Assembly: GCA_032718475.1 (NCBI GenBank)
Contig: JAUCBJ010005741.1
Coordinates: 1-64,000, forward strand
Direction of reading: 5' to 3'
Length of the DNA: 64,000 nt
Origin: Nemertoderma westbladi
Taxonomy: Eukaryota; Animalia; Xenacoelomorpha
In this document: in pieces, positions 38,121 to 50,800 of the stretch
How positions within the stretch are numbered: the stretch's first letter is position 1
Layout of the letters: each line of letters starts with the position of its first letter
Made by a program: the position numbers and the translations under genes
Notes under the pieces: generated by a model
What the model was told of the DNA's origin: nothing
The model's input: only the letters and a program-made list of their open reading frames with translations
Databases searched by the model: none

Positions 38121-39030
38121 ATTGCGGTGCACTGTGCAGTGTTACACGTACTGGTACACTGTATGCAGTGTTACACGTACTGGTACACTGTATGCAGTGT
38201 TACACGTACTGGTACACTGTATGCAGTGTGTTACAGGTAATGGTACAATGTATGAAGTATTCCGGGTACTGGTTCACAGTATGCAGTGTTACAGGTACTG
38301 GTTCACTGTATGCAGTGTTACTGGTACTATACTGTATGTAGTGCTACAGGTACTGACTGGTACACTCTATGCAGTGTTACAGGTACTGGTACACTGTATT
38401 CAGTGTTACAGGTACAAGCAAAGCAAACAGTCGGCCGAAGCCGGAGGCGACCCGAAGGCTCCTCTTTCGATAGCTGCTACCCGAGGGTAGGGGTGGGCGC
38501 TACTCCTATCCCAAGATTTTACAGGTTTTACAGCTTTTACAGTTACAGGTACGGGTACACTGTATTCAGTGTTACTGGTACTATACTGTATGTAGTGTTA
38601 CAGGTACTTACTGGTACACTCTATGCAGTGTTACAGGTACTGGTACAGTGTATGCAGTGTTACAGGTACAAGCAAAGCAAACAGTCGGCCGAAGCCGGAG
38701 GCGACCCGAAGGCTCCTCTTTCGATAGCTGCTACCCGAGGGTAGGGGTGGGCGCTACTCCTATCCCAAGATTTTACAGGTTTTACAGCTTTTACAGTTAC
38801 AGGTACTGGTTCACTGTATGCAGTGTTACTGGTACTATACTGTATGTAGTGCTACAGGTACTTACTGGTACACTCTATGCAGCGTTACAGGTACTGGTAC
38901 AGTGTATGCAGTAGTGTTACATGTACTGGTACACTGTATTCAGTGTTACAGGTACGGGTACACTGTATTCAGTGTTACAGGTACGGGTACACTGTATTCA
39001 GTGATACAGGTACTGGTACCCAATATGCAG
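38121..39030. repeat. Right part of the same degenerate minisatellite, with a 253-bp block duplication
   Basis: Same unit as 33632-34410. AAGCAAAGCAAACAGTCGGCCG occurs at ~38416 and ~38670. Confidence 0.9.
38416..38520 (-). mobile_element. GC-rich structured SINE-like 3' fragment (second copy ~38670-38773)
   Basis: The minus strand has hairpins CTACCC-TC-GGGTAG, CC-TTCG-GG and CGGC-TTCG-GCCG, followed by a (TTTGC)n tail. Confidence 0.55.
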
Positions 39031-39319
39031 TAGTGCAATAGCTTTTTTTTCACTTGTGTCATCTTGATATATAATTAATTATAAACAATTTATGAATCTC
39101 AGTATCAGTAGGAAAAAATAATGTTTAGTTTCGGTGTAAGTACAGTATACCATTTAATATATTTACCGCTGCGCTGACGGTCTAAATAGCCGTATTAGGT
39201 TAATGTTAACATTATTAACATTATTGAATATAATAATAATACATGTTTTACACTAATAATAACTCAATGCCCTCCACCTTAAGTTGTTATTTTGAAGAAC
39301 CTCATTGTTAGAGAGATGA

Positions 39320-40730
39320 TAATCAGCAATCCGGTGGCCTTTCGCCCTGAAAACAAATAATAGTAAATGTATTTATTAAACGGCTGCTGCAAAGATCACA
39401 ACACCAATCGTGCCAGTGGAGTGGATGGTGTCCCCCTGAGGTCTTTAAAATACGAGAGTGTCTGGAGCTCATTTACCCCAATATAATTGACATGACCTGA
39501 ACGAAGGGAGTTCCACAAGAAATGTGGAATCTCATTGATCGCGATTGCTGCAAAGCTATACAATAGAATTCTATTAAATCGCATAAGGGATCCATTCAGA
39601 GACTGCTACGTGGAAATCAGAATGGGTTCCGTAAAGGTCATGGGACCATTGAGCCCATTCTGGCACTTAGGTGGATAATTGAAGAGTTATCAAAAAAAGA
39701 AAGAAAGGCATCTGGCTGTTATCTTTGTTGACTTCTTCAAGGACTTTGATTCAGTCTCTCGCTCACGTATGTTAAGCATACTTTCATTATATGGGATTCC
39801 TGCTGAGATTATTGCAGCCATCAGATCAGTATACGATGGTTCGACAACATTTGTGTCTACTGTTGACGGTGACACAGAACCATTTGAAGTATTATGGGGC
39901 GTCCTCCAGGGAGACACACTTGCACCATTTTGTTCATAATTGTGGCTGACGATGTTCTACGCATGGCCTTAGCTCATCATAATGGCGATGGGTTTATGTT
40001 AGATCATCGTAATGACGATTGTCTAGACTTTGCTGATGACTTAGGAGTACTCTCAGAATCAATAGAGTGAGCCCAATGGCTCATCAGCTCATTAGAACAG
40101 GCTGCTTCTAGTGTTGGTCTTTTTGTTAACTCCAAAAAGACCAAAACTTTGACAGTTAACTTCGAAAGTCCTCAGAAGTACCTGATCGAATGAGCATAAG
40201 CTTAAAGGATTCTATGATTGAGCATATGGACATCTTCTGTTACCTGGAATCATGGATCCATAAGTCAGTACCTTAAAATACGTAAGGCAAATGCATGGGA
40301 AGCATTCCAGCTTTCCTCTTTCATCTTTCATTATTGAAAGCAGCAGTAGTTCCAGTACTCCTCTATGGGAGTCCATGCTGGGCTCTAACTGCTGAGGACA
40401 CCAAATCCCTGGATGGCACATTCACAAGAATACTACGCAGGGTTCACTATGTCAACTACAATGCACGCATTTCCAATCAGACACTATATAACATGATGTC
40501 TCATTGGAACGCCCAAGCTTGACACTTTAACAAAGCCACCTCCTCTTCGCATGACATTGTTTTCGCCGTGAGGACCAGCCTGTGCACAATCTTGTGCTTT
40601 GGCGGCCCCATGAAGAAAATAAGCATGGTGGATAGAAATGACTTCCCTAAGACGCCTAAAGGACACTGGCCTTGAAGATGCGGATGATCTTGCAAATGTC
40701 ATGGGTGATAGGGAGTTGTGGTGTGGTGGT
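39320..40730 (+). mobile_element. Heavily degraded RTE-type LINE
   Basis: QNGFRKG, FVDFFKDFDSVSR, GVLQGDTLAP, DFADD, VLLYGS and LDGTFTRILRR motifs, with many stops and frameshifts. Confidence 0.88.
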
Positions 40731-41825
40731 GCAACTTTGTTGATAAGCCGACCTAGCATTCTTACTAAATGCTGCATTGGAGCATGTCAATTGCGGATTG
40801 CATGGTGGGGGCAAAATATTTTTATTAAGCTGGCATAGCATCTCAATATTCAACTGCAATGCAGCAATGCGCTATAGTTGTACAGTAGTAATTAGGCCCG
40901 TTTCAGTTACACGTACAGGAGGACCTAACAATTCTCATAGGCATTTTCCATTTCTCAGTAATATTATTAGGCCTACCTATAAAAAAGTTGTTAATACTTA
41001 CATTGAAACAAATCGGGAAGCTATTAGTGTTAAGCATCATGGGTATGTTATGGTTTTCTGCTCGTTTTATGTTGAGGTCATTGCTACGTATTGGTAGATT
41101 CTGGTCGCTATTGGCAGCAACGGTCAGTGTAACTAACAACAATAGCATAAACCAATTCATATTACTCATTTTTCTGGAGTGGAAAGATAATTATATGATA
41201 TTATATAACAACAGCTAATAATACGTTTTTATTCAGAATAATAATATTATAGGTGCGTTTATTACTGCAGTACTTTCTTTCGCTATTTCTATTTAAGCAA
41301 TACCACAATTAAAATCATAGTTTTTAAGACAATTTTCAGAAAATAAGCTTTTTTATGTTACTTTGTAATGTTTCAAATTTGGAATAATACTACATTTTAT
41401 GAGATTATTCAATTATTAATTATAACTCTCATTATTTCTCACAAGTTTATTAGGAAGTCGATAATTCTGTTTCCAAACATTTTAAATTAATTTAGTTGTG
41501 CAAGTGGTCAGCGGACAGTGAGAAGCAGACAGAGCCTGCTGTTTCATTTCTAATCTTTCAATACATTCATTTCGCCGTTTATCGAAGAATCAATAATTTT
41601 GGTCTTCACAATCTGTCAATCAAATATAATTAACTTTTGTTGTAGTTTTGAGTTTAAAGTAGCAAATTTAACACAATAATTAATGACTTTACGTTCATAG
41701 CAAATTCATTAATTATTAAAACCGACGATTTTCCGACTACTGGCAACTGGTACTCTGACCACATATCCTTGGCGACAACGTAAACGTCTACCGACACTAA
41801 CCAGGAAGCGAAGTGTAAATTAATC

Positions 41826-44800
41826 AATAACGGAAAAACTACTAACTTATTGTTTATTCGGGTCGAGGCCCGACTGCTGCAGTAATTTTTTGAGAATAAT
41901 ATTAAGTAAAAGTTTCATCTGATATTATCAAGTGTGTTTTCGTAGTAAGATCCGTTGTGTAACGCATTTCATTCCTGCATACCCCGATAGAAAAGCTATG
42001 AGGGCTAGTCATTGCTGGACTCCTCACACACAGAAACTTGTTTCTGAAACTGTTGCTGGACTCTTCACACACAGAAACTTGTTTCTGGAAATTGTTGCTG
42101 GACTCCTCACATACAGAAACTTGTTTCTGCAACTTGTTGCTGGACTCCTCACACACAGAAACTTGTTTCTGCAACTTGTTGTTGGACTCCTCACATACAG
42201 AAACTTGTTTCTGGAACTTGTTGCTGGACTCTTCACACACAGAAACTTGTTTCTGAAACTGTTGTTGGACTCTTCACACACAGAAACTTGTTTCTGCTAC
42301 TTGTTGCTGGACTCTTCACACACAGAAACTTGTTTCTGGAAATTGTTGCTGGACTCCTCACATACAGAAACTTGTTTCTGCAACTTGTTGCTGGACTCCT
42401 CACACACAGAAACTTGTTTCTGCAACTTGTTGTTGGACTCCTCACATACAGAAACTTGTTTCTGGAACTTGTTGCTGGACTCTTCACACACAGAAACTTG
42501 TTTCTGAAACTGTTGTTGGACTCTTCACACACAGAAACTTGTTTCTGCTACTTGTTGCTGGACTCTTCACACACAGAAACTTGTTTCTGGAAATTGTTGC
42601 TGGACTCCTCACATACAGAAACTTGTTTCTGCTACTTGTTGCTGGACTCTTCACACACAGAAACTTGTTTCTGGAAATTGTTGCTGGACTCCTCACATAC
42701 AGAAACTTGTTTCTGCAACTTGTTGCTGGACTCCTCACACACAGAAACTTGTTTCTGCAACTTGTTGTTGGACTCCTCACATACAGAAACTTGTTTCTGG
42801 AACTTGTTGCTGGACTCTTCACACACAGAAACTTGTTTCTGAAACTGTTGTTGGACTCTTCACACACAGAAACTTGTTTCTGCTACTTGTTGCTGGACTC
42901 TTCACACACAGAAACTTGTTTCTGGAAATTGTTGCTGGACTCCTCACATACAGAAACTTGTTTCTGCAACTTGTTGCTGGACTCTTCACATACAGAAACT
43001 TGTTTCTGCAACTTGTTGTTGGACTCTTCACACACAGAAACTTGTTTCTGAAACTGTTGCTGGACTCTTCACACACAGAAACTTGTTTCTGCTACTTGTT
43101 GCTGGACTCTTCACACACAGAAACTTGTTTCTGGAAATTGTTGCTGGACTCCTCACATACAGAAACTTGTTTCTGCACCTTGTTGCTGGACTCTTCACAT
43201 ACAGAAACTTGTTTCTGAAACTGTTGTTGGACTCTTCACACACAGAAACTTGTTTCTGCTACTTGTTGCTGGACTCTTCACACACAGAAACTTGTTTCTG
43301 AAACTGTTGTTGGACTCTTCACACACAGAAACTTGTTTCTGAAACTGTTGTTGGACTCTTCACACACAGAAACTTGTTTCTGCTACTTGTTGCTGGACTC
43401 TTCACACACAGAAACTTGTTTCTGGAAATTGTTGCTGGACTCCTCACATACAGAAACTTGTTTCTGCACCTTGTTGCTGGACTCTTCACATACAGAAACT
43501 TGTTTCTGCAACTTGTTGTTGGACTCTTCACACACAGAAACTTGTTTCTGCAAACTTGTTTGCTTGGACTCTTCACACACAGAAACTTGTTTCTGAAACT
43601 GTTGCTGGACTCCTCACACACAGAAACTTGTTTCTGCTACTTGTTGCTGGACTCTTCACACACAGAAACTTGTTTCTGCAACTTGTTGCTGGACTCTTCA
43701 CACACAGAAACTTGTTTCTGCAACTTGTTGCTGGACTCCTCACATACAGAAACTTGTTTCTGCAACTTGTTGCTGGACTCCTCACACACAGAAACTTGTT
43801 TCTGCTACTTGTTGCTGGACTCTTCACACACAGAAACTTGTTTCTGGAACTTGTTGCTGGACTCCTCACATACAGAAACTTGTTTCTGGAAATTGTTGCT
43901 GGACTCTTCACACACAGAAACTTGTTTCTGCTACTTGTTGCTGGACTCTTCACACACAGAAACTTGTTTCTGGAACTTGTTGCTGGACTCCTCACATACA
44001 GAAACTTGTTTCTGCAACTTGTTGCTGGACTCTTCACACACAGAAACTTCTTTCTGCTACTTGTTGCTGGACTCTTCACACACAGAAACTTGTTTCTGGA
44101 AACTGTTGCTGGACTCCTCACATACAGAAACTTGTTTCTGGAAATTGTTGCTGGACTCCTCACATACAGAAACTTGTTTCTGCTACTTGTTGCTGGACTC
44201 TTCACACACAGAAACTTGTTTCTGGAACTTGTTGCTGGACTCCTCACACACAGAAACTTGTTTCTGGAACTTGTTACTGGACTCTTCACACACATGGACT
44301 CATCACACACAGTAACTTGTTTCTGCAACTTGTAGCCGGACTGACTCCTCAAACGCGGGAAACATGTTTCTGCAATTTGTTGCTGGACACTTCACACACA
44401 GAAACTTGTTTCTGCAACTTGTTGCTGGACTCCTCAAACGCGGGAAACATGTTTCTGCAACTTGTTGCTGGACTCTTCACACAAAAACATGTTTCTGCAA
44501 CTTGTTGCAATAATGGAAAAACAACCAACTTATTGTTTATTCGGGTCGAGGCCCGACTGCTGCAGTAATTTTTTGAGAATAATATTAAGTAAAAGTTTCA
44601 TCTGATATTATCAAGTGTGTTTTCGTAGTAAGATCCGTTGTGTAACGCATTTCATTCCTGCATACCCCATTAGAAAAGCTATGAGGGCTAGTCATTGCTG
44701 GACTCCTCACACACAGAAACTTGTTTCTGAAACTGTTGCTGGACTCTTCACACACATGGACTCCTCACATACAGAAACTCTTGTTTCTGCAACTTGTTGC

Positions 44801-47800
44801 TGGACTCTTGACACACAGAAACTTGTGGAAATTTTTGTTGGACTCCTCACATACAGAAACTTGTTGCTGGACTCTTCACACACAGAGACTTGTTTCTGAA
44901 ACTGTTGCTGGACTCCTCACATACAGAAACTTGTTTCTGCAACTTGTTGCTGGACTCTACACACACAGCAACTTGTGGAACTTGTTGCTGGAATCCTCAC
45001 ATCAGAAACTCTTGTTTCTGGAACTTGTTGCTGGACTCCTCACACACAGAAACTTGTTTCTGCAACTTGTTGCTGGACTCTTCACACACATGGACTCCTC
45101 ACATACAGAAACTTGTTTCTGCAACTTGTTGTTGGACTCTTCACACACAGAAACTTGTTTCTGAAACTGTTGCTGGACTCTTCACACACAGAAACTTGTT
45201 TCTGCTACTTGTTGCTGGACTCCTCACACACAGAAAGTTGTGGAACTTGTTGCTGGAGTCCTCACATACAGAAACTCTTGTTTCTGCAACTTGTTGCTGG
45301 ACTCCTCACACACAGAAACTTGTTTATGAAACTGTTGCTGGACTCTTCACACACAGAAACTTCTTTCTGCTACTTGTTGCTGGACTCCTCACACACAGAA
45401 ACTTGTTTCTGGAACTTGTTGCTGGACTCCTCACACACAGAAACTTGTTTCTGGAAATTGTTGCTGGACTCCTCACATACAGAAACTTGTTTCTGCAACT
45501 TGTTGCTGGACTCTTCACACACATGGACTCCTCACATACAGAAACTTGTTTCTGCAACTTGTTGCTGGACTCTTTGCACACAGAAACTTGTTTCTGAAAC
45601 TGTTGCTGGACTCTTCACATACAGAAACTTGTTTCTGCAACTTGTTGTTGGACTCTTCACACACAGAAACTTGTTTCTGAAACTGTTGCTGGACTCTTCA
45701 CACACAGAAATTTGTTTCTGCTACTTGTTGCTGGACTCCTCACACACAGAAAGTTGTGGAACTTGTTGCTGGACTCTTCACACACAGAAACTTGTTTCTG
45801 CAACTTGTTGCTGGACCCCTCACACACAGAAACTTGTTTCTGAAACTGTTGTTGGACTCTTCACACACAGAAACTTCTTTCTGCTACTTGTTGCTGGACT
45901 CTTCACACACAGAAACTTGTTTCTGAAACTGTTGCTGGACTCCTCACACACAGAGACTTGTTTCTGCAACTTGTTGCTGGACTCCTCACACACAGAAAGT
46001 TGTGGAACTTGTTGCTGGACTCTTCACACACAGAAACTTGTTTCTGCAACTTGTTGCTGGACTCCTCACACACAGAAACTTGTTTCTGGAACTTGTTGCT
46101 GGACTCCTCACATACAGAAACTTGTTTCTGGAACTTGTTGCTGGACTCCTCACATACAGAAACTTGTTTCTGCAACTTGTTGTTGGACTCTTCACACACA
46201 GAAACTTGTTTCTGAAACTGTTGCTGGACTCTTCACATACAGAAACTTGTTTCTGCAACTTGTTGTTGGACTCTTCACACACAGAAACTTGTTTCTGAAA
46301 CTGTTGCTGGACTCTTCACATACAGAAACTTGTTTCTGCAACTTGTTGCTGGACTCTTCACACACAGAAACTTGTTTCTGCAACTTGTTGCTGGACTCTT
46401 CACACACAGAGACTTGTTTCTGCAACTTGTTGCTGGACTCCTCACACACAGAAAGTTGTGGAACTTGTTGCTGGACTCTTCACACACAGAAACTTGTTTC
46501 TGCAACTTGTTGCTGGACTCCTCACACACAGAAACTTGTTTCTGGAACTTGTTGCTGGACTCCTCACATACAGAAACTTGTTTCTGGAACTTGTTGCTGG
46601 ACTCCTCACATACAGAAACTTGTTTCTGCAACTTGTTGTTGGACTCTTCACACACAGAAACTTGTTTCTGAAACTGTTGCTGGACTCTTCACATACAGAA
46701 ACTTGTTTCTGCAACTTGTTGTTGGACTCTTCACACACAGAAACTTGTTTCTGAAACTGTTGCTGGACTCTTCACATACAGAAACTTGTTTCTGCAACTT
46801 GTTGTTGGACTCTTCACACACAGAAACTTGTTTCTGAAACTGTTGCTGGACTCTTCACATACAGAAACTTGTTTCTGCAACTTGTTGTTGGACTCTTCAC
46901 ACACAGAAACTTGTTTCTGAAACTGTTGCTGGACTCTTCACATACAAAAACTTGTTTCTGCAACTTGTTGTTGGACTCTTCACACACAGAAACTTGTTTC
47001 TGAAACTGTTGCTGGACTCTTCACATACAGAAACTTGTTTCTGCAACTTGTTGTTGGACTCTTCACACACAGAAACTTGTTTCTGAAACTGTTGCTGGAC
47101 TCTTCACACACATAAATTTGTTTCTGCTACTTGTTGCTGGACTCCTCACACACAGAAAGTTGTGGAACTTGTTGCTGGACTCTTCACACACAGAAACTTG
47201 TTTCTGCAACTTGTTGCTGGACTCCTCACACACAGAAACTTGTTTCTGAAACTGTTGTTGGACTCTTCACACACAGAAACTTCTTTCTGCTACTTGTTGC
47301 TGGACTCCTCACACACAGAAAGTTGTGGAACTTGTTGCTGGACTCTTCACACACAGAAACTTGTTTCTGCAACTTGTTGCTGGACTCCTCACACACAGAA
47401 ACTTGTTTCTGGAACTTGTTGCGGGACTCCTCACATACAGAAACTTGTTTCTGGAACTTGTTGCTGGACTCCTCACATACAGAAACTTGTTTCTGCAACT
47501 TGTTGTTGGACTCCTCACACACAGAAACTTGTTTCTGCAACTTGTTGCTGGACTCTTCACACACAGAAACTTGTTTCTGAAACTGTTGCTGGACTCCTCA
47601 CATACAGAAACTTGTTTCTGGAACTTGTTGCTGGACTCTTCACACACAGAAACTTGTTTCTGCAACTTGTTGCTGGACTCTTCACACACAGAAACTTGTT
47701 TCTGAAACTGTTGCTGGACTCCTCACATACAGAAACTTGTTTCTGGAACTTGTTGCTGGACTCCTCACATACAGAAACTTGTTTCTGAAACTGTTGCTGG

Positions 47801-50800
47801 ACTCTTCACACACAGAAACTTGTTTCTGCAACTTGTTGTTGGACTCCTCACACACAGAAACTTGTTTCTGGAACTTGTTGCTGGACTCCTCACATACAGA
47901 AACTTGTTTCTGGAACTTGTTGCTGGACTCCTCACATACAGAAACTTGTTTCTGAAACTGTTGCTGGACTCTTCACACACAGAAACTTGTTTCTGGAACT
48001 TGTTGCTGGACTCCTCACATACAGAAACTTGTTTCTGGAACTTGTTGCTGGACTCCTCACACACAGAAACTTGTTTCTGAAACTGTTGCTGGACTCTTCA
48101 CACACAGAAACTTGTTTCTGGAAATTGTTGCTGGACTCCTCACATACAGAAACTTGTTTCTGCAACTTGTTGCTGGACTCCTCACACACAGAAACTTGTT
48201 TCTGCAACTTGTTGTTGGACTCTTCACACACAGAAACTTGTTTCTGAAACTGTTGCTGGACTCCTCACATACAGAAACTCTTGTTTCTGCAACTTGTTGC
48301 TGGACTCTCACACACAGAAACTTGTTTCTGCAACTTGTTGCTGGACTCTTCACACACAGAAACTTGTTTCTGAAACTGTTGCTGGACTCCTCACATACAG
48401 AAACTCTTGTTTCTGCAACTTGTTGCTGGACTCCTCACATACAGAAACTTGTTTCTGGAACTTGTTGCTGGACTCCTCACATACAGAAACTTGTTTCTGC
48501 AACTTGTTGTTGGACTCCTCACATACAGAAACTTGTTTCTGAAACTGTTGCTGGACTCTTCACACACAGAAACTTGTTTCTGCAACTTGTTGTTGGACTC
48601 TTCACACACAGAAACTTGTTTCTGAAACTGTTGCTGGACTCCTCACATACAGAAACTTGTTTCTGCTACTTGTTGTTGGACTCTTCACACACAGAAACTT
48701 GTTTCTGAAACTGTTGCTGGACTCTTCACACACAGAAACTTGTTTCTGCAACTTGTTGCTGGACTCCTCACATACAGAAACTTGTTTCTGGAACTTGTTG
48801 CTGGACTCCTCACATACAGAAACTTGTTTCTGGAACTTGTTGCTGGACTCTTCACACACAGAAACTTGTTTCTGCAACTTGTTGTTGGACTCTTCACACA
48901 CAGAAACTTGTTTCTGAAACTGTTGCTGGACTCTTCACATACAGAAACTTGTTTCTGCAACTTGTTGTTGGACTCTTCACACACAGAAACTTGTTTCTGA
49001 AACTGTTGCTGGACTCTTCACACACAGAAATTTGTTTCTGCTACTTGTTGCTGGACTCCTCACACACAGAAAGTTGTGGAACTTGTTGCTGGACTCTTCA
49101 CACACAGAAACTTGTTTCTGCAACTTGTTGCTGGACTCCTCACACACAGAAACTTGTTTCTGGAACTTGTTGCTGGACTCCTCACATACAGAAACTTGTT
49201 TCTGGAACTTGTTGCTGGACTCCTCACATACAGAAACTTGTTTCTGCAACTTGTTGTTGGACTCTTCACACACAGAAACTTGTTTCTGAAACTGTTGCTG
49301 GACTCCTCACATACAGAAACTTGTTTCTGGAACTTGTTGCTGGACTCCTCACATACAGAAACTTGTTTCTGAAACTGTTGCTGGACTCTTCACACACAGA
49401 AACTTGTTTCTGCAACTTGTTGTTGGACTCCTCACACACAGAAACTTGTTTCTGGAACTTGTTGCTGGACTCCTCACATACAGAAACTTGTTTCTGGAAC
49501 TTGTTGCTGGACTCCTCACATACAGAAACTTGTTTCTGAAACTGTTGCTGGACTCTTCACACACAGAAACTTGTTTCTGGAACTTGTTGCTGGACTCCTC
49601 ACATACAGAAACTTGTTTCTGGAACTTGTTGCTGGACTCCTCACACACAGAAACTTGTTTCTGAAACTGTTGCTGGACTCTTCACACACAGAAACTTGTT
49701 TCTGGAAATTGTTGCTGGACTCCTCACATACAGAAACTTGTTTCTGCAACTTGTTGCTGGACTCCTCACACACAGAAACTTGTTTCTGCAACTTGTTGTT
49801 GGACTCTTCACACACAGAAACTTGTTTCTGAAACTGTTGCTGGACTCCTCACATACAGAAACTCTTGTTTCTGCAACTTGTTGCTGGACTCCTCACACAC
49901 AGAAACTTGTTTCTGCAACTTGTTGCTGGACTCTTCACACGCAGAAACTTGTTTCTGAAACTGTTGCTGGACTCCTCACATACAGAAACTCTTGTTTCTG
50001 CAACTTGTTGCTGGACTCCTCACATACAGAAACTTGTTTCTGGAACTTGTTGCTGGACTCCTCATATACAGAAACTTGTTTCTGGAACTTGTTGCTGGAC
50101 TCTTCACACACAGAAACTTGTTTCTGAAACTGTTGCTGGACTCTTCACACACAGAAACTTGTTTCTGCAACTTGTTGTTGGACTCTTCACACACAGAAAC
50201 TTGTTTCTGAAACTGTTGCTGGACTCTTCACACACAGAAACTTGTTTCTGGAACTTGTTGCTGGACTCCTCACATACAGAAACTTGTTTCTGCTACTTGT
50301 TGCTGGACTCCTCACACACAGAAACTTGTTTCTGAAACTGTTGCTGGACTCTTCACACACAGAAACTTGTTTCTGCAACTTGTTGTTGGACTCTTCACAC
50401 ACAGAAACTTGTTTCTGAAACTGTTGCTGGACTCCTCACATACAGAAACTCTTGTTTCTGCAACTTGTTGCTGGACTCCTCACACACAGAAACTTGTTTC
50501 TGAAACTGTTGCTGGACTCCTCACACACAGAAACTTGTTTCTGCAACTTGTTGTTGGACTCTTCACACACAGAAACTTGTTTCTGAAACTGTTGCTGGAC
50601 TCCTCACACACAGAAACTTGTTTCTGCAACTTGTTGTTGGACTCTTCACACACAGAAACTTGTTTCTGGAACTGTTGCTGGACTCCTCACACACAGAAAC
50701 TTGTTTCTGCAACTTGTTGTTGGACTCTTCACACACAGAAACTTGTTTCTGCAACTTGTTGTTGGACTCTTCACACACAGAAACTTGTTTCTGAAACTGT

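Noticed and set aside
41826-44508. AT-rich leader followed by palindromic repeats, superficially CRISPR-like
   Set aside because: No unique spacers, no cas genes, and a eukaryotic context.
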